From the NCBI GenBank assembly GCA_965649825.1, contig OZ287713.1, forward strand, positions 341,587 through 405,586: a stretch of 64,000 nucleotides of DNA. Direction: 5' to 3'. This document shows positions 58,536 through 64,000 of the stretch, one piece after another. The notes under the pieces were generated by a model, which saw only the letters and a list, made by a program, of their open reading frames with translations, was not told the DNA's origin and made no database searches. Source of the stretch: Penicillus capitatus. Lineage: Eukaryota > Plantae > Chlorophyta. The position numbers and the translations under genes were made by a program. The stretch's first letter is position 1; each line of letters opens with the position of its first letter.

Positions 58536-60968
58536 TCATGCACTGTACGCTGAACGAATTCTGTTTGGCAGTTGACGTTGTTGAGACAAATGAAGAAAGA
58601 CATCTCTGAGACCAGCGGCTTTGGTCTTTTGATGCCCTCCCGAGAAGAGATACTTGTAAGCGGGTTGCTCCGGTGTCGCCCAGTAGCATTCTCTTGTGAC
58701 GCCCAGGTCTCCGTCGCCCATGGCTAGATGAAACCATCCACGGATCCCCCAGTAGGTGCCCCAGCTGTTGCGTCCGATCCAAAACTTTTCGCCATTTCGC
58801 TCGTCCCATCCAGAGAGGACAACGAATTGGCTGGAAGAACTGCCACTCTTACAGGCGCCAGGATCACTGAAGATGCCACTCTGGTAGGAATGGAATGCCC
58901 TGGATTCGCAAATGCGGCAGGCAACGGGACCATTCTGCGCAATCTCCTGCATCACAGCCCGATCTCCAGAGATCTGTAGAACCGCCACGTAAACCTCAGC
59001 AGTAGACGAGATCAAGGATTATTACCTTTCCATGCGATGAAATGCTGTATGGTGTGTATTCTCCTGCTTTCATGGAGTAACATCCCGATGGCCAACAATT
59101 CTTGCAGATGTGAATGGCATCACATTTGAGGGGCTTTCCTTCATACGGTGCGCAGGACTCGTCTGGAATGGTGTGCTTCTTAATGTACTCATAGGCATCA
59201 CTCGGATCTTTGCCGTCACACTTTCCATTCGATGATGCACAGTTTAGCAGGACCTAAATGCAGAAGCACTCAGTCGAGACAAGATGTGTGAGATGAGATG
59301 CACTTGGACGGAGAGAACGACTTCTGGATAGGTCAATCCTTTGAGCAGGGTGAAACGATCGTTCAGAGCGGAGGTCGCTGCCTGGGCCCAGGAAGACTCA
59401 CAAAACACTGGGCTGTGTTGATTGCGATCGATTGAAGCGAAACTGATGCCATTGATATCACGAATGTCATACTTTACTGGAATGTCTGTAACCTTCACCG
59501 TTTTCCCGTGCTGCCCTGAAGATGAACTCTCTTTCTGCTCTTCGGCATGATACTTTAGAAGATACTCTCCCCACGGCACATCCCTAGATGTCAGAGTGTT
59601 CGCTGACGGTTTTGTAGGGAGAGAGCGACATTGGTAGGGGGTCGCTGGGCTGGAGTTCATCTGGGATGACAGGCGTTGCGAAGGTGCAGCCGTTTTCGAC
59701 GCCCAGACCGAGGAAGAAACTCGGTCGGGCGATTCGGAAATACCCGTTCTCTCCCCAATATGTGCCCCAACTATTCCGTCCAATCCAATACCTGCAAACG
59801 TCACATCATCTTAGATCTCGCTGGCACAGAGGAGTCTCTCACTCGAAGCCATTCTCCTCTCCCCATCCGACGAGACTCACGATGTGATTGGCCGAAGCCC
59901 AAACGCCAAACTAGGCAAGAATATAGCTCAAATCGAAATGAGATGGTGATGTGACGGCTTCGCACCTGACGAAAGACTCCTCCTGTGTATTTGTCGAACT
60001 TCTTTGTAGCGAAGATTTCGCACGCCACAGGGCCGCGAGAGTAGATCTCTGCCATGATCTTCTGAGTGTGAGACACTCCCCTGTTGTGACCGTCATAATC
60101 TCCTCCGGCAGTCGCATAACCAAAGTCTTCGATGAAGTAACGGCGGTACTGATCCACTGTAGAGCACGTGTTGTGCTGTCCCAACTTCTCACACTTCTCA
60201 CACACTCCATGCGGTTCGCATCTGTTATTCCTTGCTTGATAATTCTGACAGGTCTCATCAGGCAGACCGTGCTTTGCAATATAGTAATAGACACCGCCAG
60301 CGGTACCGCCCTTTGCAGGAATAAGATCAGAAGACATCGAGGAGATGAAGGAGAGCACTTGGCAGGTTCCGCCTCCACGGCAATTGATGAGAACCTGTGG
60401 TGCAAGGTTGACCTCGGGGAAGGCGTTGCGACGCTCAATCTTCATTCTGTCAGAAATGGCAGAGGTGGTGCCGAACGCCCAGCAACTGCCACAGTATCTG
60501 CGCCACCCAAATGCATTCAATCTCTTCTCAGATGTGATTACTGTGGAATGTGCTGGTTGCGTGAGACAGTCAGATAGTTGACGCCGTTGATGTCTCCCCA
60601 GAAGAATTCCTTTGGCAGTGTGGCGACGTCCATGATCTCATGGCCGCGTCGTCTTCGAGAATTGACTCTTTCGACTGCAGACAGCCAGCAGCACACACGA
60701 TGAGAAGCTGATGGGATGCTGGCGTACCTCGGTCGTAGATGCCGTTGGTGCAGAGCCCTCCGGCGAAGACACTCGTGTCCGGTGTCTAGGAACGGCAGTG
60801 GTTGGGTTGCGTGCCGCTTCGCGACGGCGTTACCTTGGGAGGCAGGATACACTCGCCGCCCTCCAGGGTCGTATCGAGTTCCTCCAGGGACGCATTCGCT
60901 CCATCATGTTCGGCCAGGCAGCTGCCGACGAGCAACGCCGTCACAGCACAGACAATACTGCGTCGCAT
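58536..60968 (-). CDS. CTSZ: Double-domain cathepsin Z/X-like papain protease B (active domain 1 plus inactive domain 2); multi-intron
   Basis: Signal peptide MRRSIVCAVTALLVGSCLA. Domain 1: RNQHIPQ|YCGSCWAF, ANHIVSLVGWG. Domain 2: RNQHSPVFCESSWAQ, SSQFVVLSGWD, GRNSWG. Confidence 0.92.
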
Positions 60969-61079
60969 GTTTAGTCAGACGAGGTGCAAAGAAATGAGGT
61001 AATGGATGGAATCCGTGACGCGGCGGTCGCTTTCGATGTGCAAATGATCGTCATCCAGAACATAACTCTGTCGGCTTTT

Positions 61080-62200
<1,121 letters not shown>

Positions 62201-62760
62201 GTCTCTTTCGAAGTTTGAATAACAATCGGGCTTCAATGCTCTGTAAAGCTTCGCATGCATGGTGATAGGCTGGCGTCAAGCGAGTTTACGATCATAGTAC
62301 CTATGATGGCCATAATTTGTCCAAGCAGGATAGCCACAAACAGACAAAATATCTGACCGACATTAGAATCAAAGGAGATGCGTAGTACACGTAACGAATC
62401 AACGAAGTCAATGTATACAGCGTTCATCTTCCGATTCGCGATTAGATCTCACAAACAGATAGAAAGGACGTTGGGATCGATCCTCGGTGACTGAGAAACG
62501 ACAGTGCCAGCATTAACTTCTCGAATTTCCGAACGCCAAATGTCTTCGTGTAAAAATCTGCGTTTCCGAGTCTCGGATCTAGCGCCCATCTAAGAGATTA
62601 AGTTATCTTTTAAGGGATTCGTCTAGAGGATGATCGAATGCTTCCTCGGAAACGTCTGGAGTTAAGCCGAACTGACGAACTAAAGATCGATTAGTTCGAT
62701 TTCGATGAGAGCAATCGTTCAAGTAGATTCGATTGAACGTGGTCGGTCCAATCCGAAATT

Positions 62761-62998
62761 CGATTGTCGTCGATCGATCTCAATCGAAGTGAACCCAATT
62801 AGATAACACGTCTATCGCTCGTCATCAAGAACGTACGATTGTCGTCGATCGATCTCAATCGAAGTGAACCCAATTAGATAACAAGTCTATCGCTCTTCAT
62901 GAAGAACGTACGATTGTCGTCGATCGATCTCAATCGAAGTGAACCCAATTAGATAACAAGTCTATCGCTCTTCATTAAGAACGTACGATTGTCGTCGA
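62761..62998. repeat. 75-bp tandem repeat, ~3.2 copies, non-coding
   Basis: Unit CGATTGTCGTCGATCGATCTCAATCGAAGTGAACCCAATTAGATAACA(C/A)GTCTATCGCTC..AAGAACGTA at 62761, 62836, 62911 and 62986 (partial). All six frames contain stops. Confidence 0.97.
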
Positions 62999-64000
62999 CA
63001 AGAGACGATGTCGACGAAGAAGTCTTGTGAACAAACCTCAAAGGTGCCGTATCGCCTCAACGCATACAATGGAAAAGATTGTCGCTCAAGAATTGCATTC
63101 GATCGATACGAAAGTTCCGGTGAACATCGAGATCAATCGATCGATCGTTGTGAATCGTCAGTTACTAAAGAGAAATGCATGGACGAGTTCGATGACTATT
63201 TCGATGATTGGCGATTGGAGAAGTAAATCGCCTAGACGAATGCTATTCACATGAAGACGTATAGCCGTTCTTATCTGATCGAACGTAGATTTGTAAACCA
63301 ATTGGCATGTCAATGCGCGTTCGACATCACAACGCTTAGCACAGAGAGCATCCTTTTAAAGAAGGATCTTTCAGGCCGATTGCTTTGATGCCTTGCCGAT
63401 CATCATCAGCACGCGATGAAGGAAGCAAGGGAAGGAAGTGTGGAAAGGTCTGTTTGTTAAAGAACTAAGATAAGACTGTCAGGATTTTTCCGCAGCGACA
63501 CAGATATCAAAGGTCTTTTCAATAAACTAGGCGGTATATAATATATTACATTGTACACTTTCGATTTGTTCGATCTCTTTGCAACAGTCACAAAAAAGGC
63601 GTAAAAAATTCAATCTCCTGATCGATATGACTGGGCATGGCGTGCGATTGATCGATCGCCGCGATCGATGATAGTAGCTGTGGCGCGCCCGGACACCTCC
63701 GGCTGCTGGCGACCAGAGGCGGCGGGCCGCTTACTCTGGGTGATGCAGGTGATGTGACGTTCGTGCAGCGGAAGTCGTGTTGCTCGCTTTCCTGAATTCC
63801 CCTACGGTCGAGGGCGTCCTATGCGTTGCTACGCATACGGCGTCCTCGGCCCGAAGTGCGTTACATGGGCACACCACACTCTCCGTTGCGTGTTTTCGAG
63901 TGGAGAAGTCTATGATCGGATGCTTGATGTGAGGTTGTGATGTCGTTGGGCAGCGAAAGTCGGCAAAAGTCCATTGTTGGAGCGATCTATTACAGAACGT

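Noticed and set aside
356-60800. Introner elements
   Set aside because: The introns inspected share only splice signals and CTGAC-like branch points, and no near-identical intron copies were seen.

Overview
Eukaryotic nuclear DNA from a very compact, intron-containing green-algal (chlorophyte) genome. Support: GME, FAD4, AP2 factor, KCBP-type MyTH4-FERM, plastid transit peptides, TGTAA poly(A)-like signals and mostly ~40-70 nt introns. Finer taxonomy cannot be established from the window. The genetic code is standard. No rRNA, tRNA, CRISPR array or intact transposase was recognised. About 28 probably intact genes were found, including LRR, PPR, RPL21, RPB7, FAD4, RING-CCCH, GME, M28 peptidase, two BTB paralogs, wax-synthase MBOAT, SDR, DUF3700, KH, AP2, two double-domain cathepsin Z genes, PPIL3 and METH. 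They are packed with gaps as small as 12-72 nt and alternate with multi-kb tracts of decaying gene copies: DGAT1, SOS1-like Na+/H+ antiporter, ER Ca2+-ATPase, a nucleotide-sugar transporter, a cathepsin fragment and unidentified relics. The most notable observations are: (1) a cathepsin-Z family in which an active domain is fused to a conserved, catalytically dead second domain; (2) a motor-less KCBP tail protein; (3) a candidate polycistronic run ending in RPB7, with a possible splice-fusion into FAD4; (4) an in-frame 30-bp repeat at the METH 5' end; (5) an old ~200-bp-arm inverted repeat; (6) the pervasive pseudogene pattern. Family assignments come from motif recognition from memory, not database searches. 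Spliced gene boundaries are manual models.
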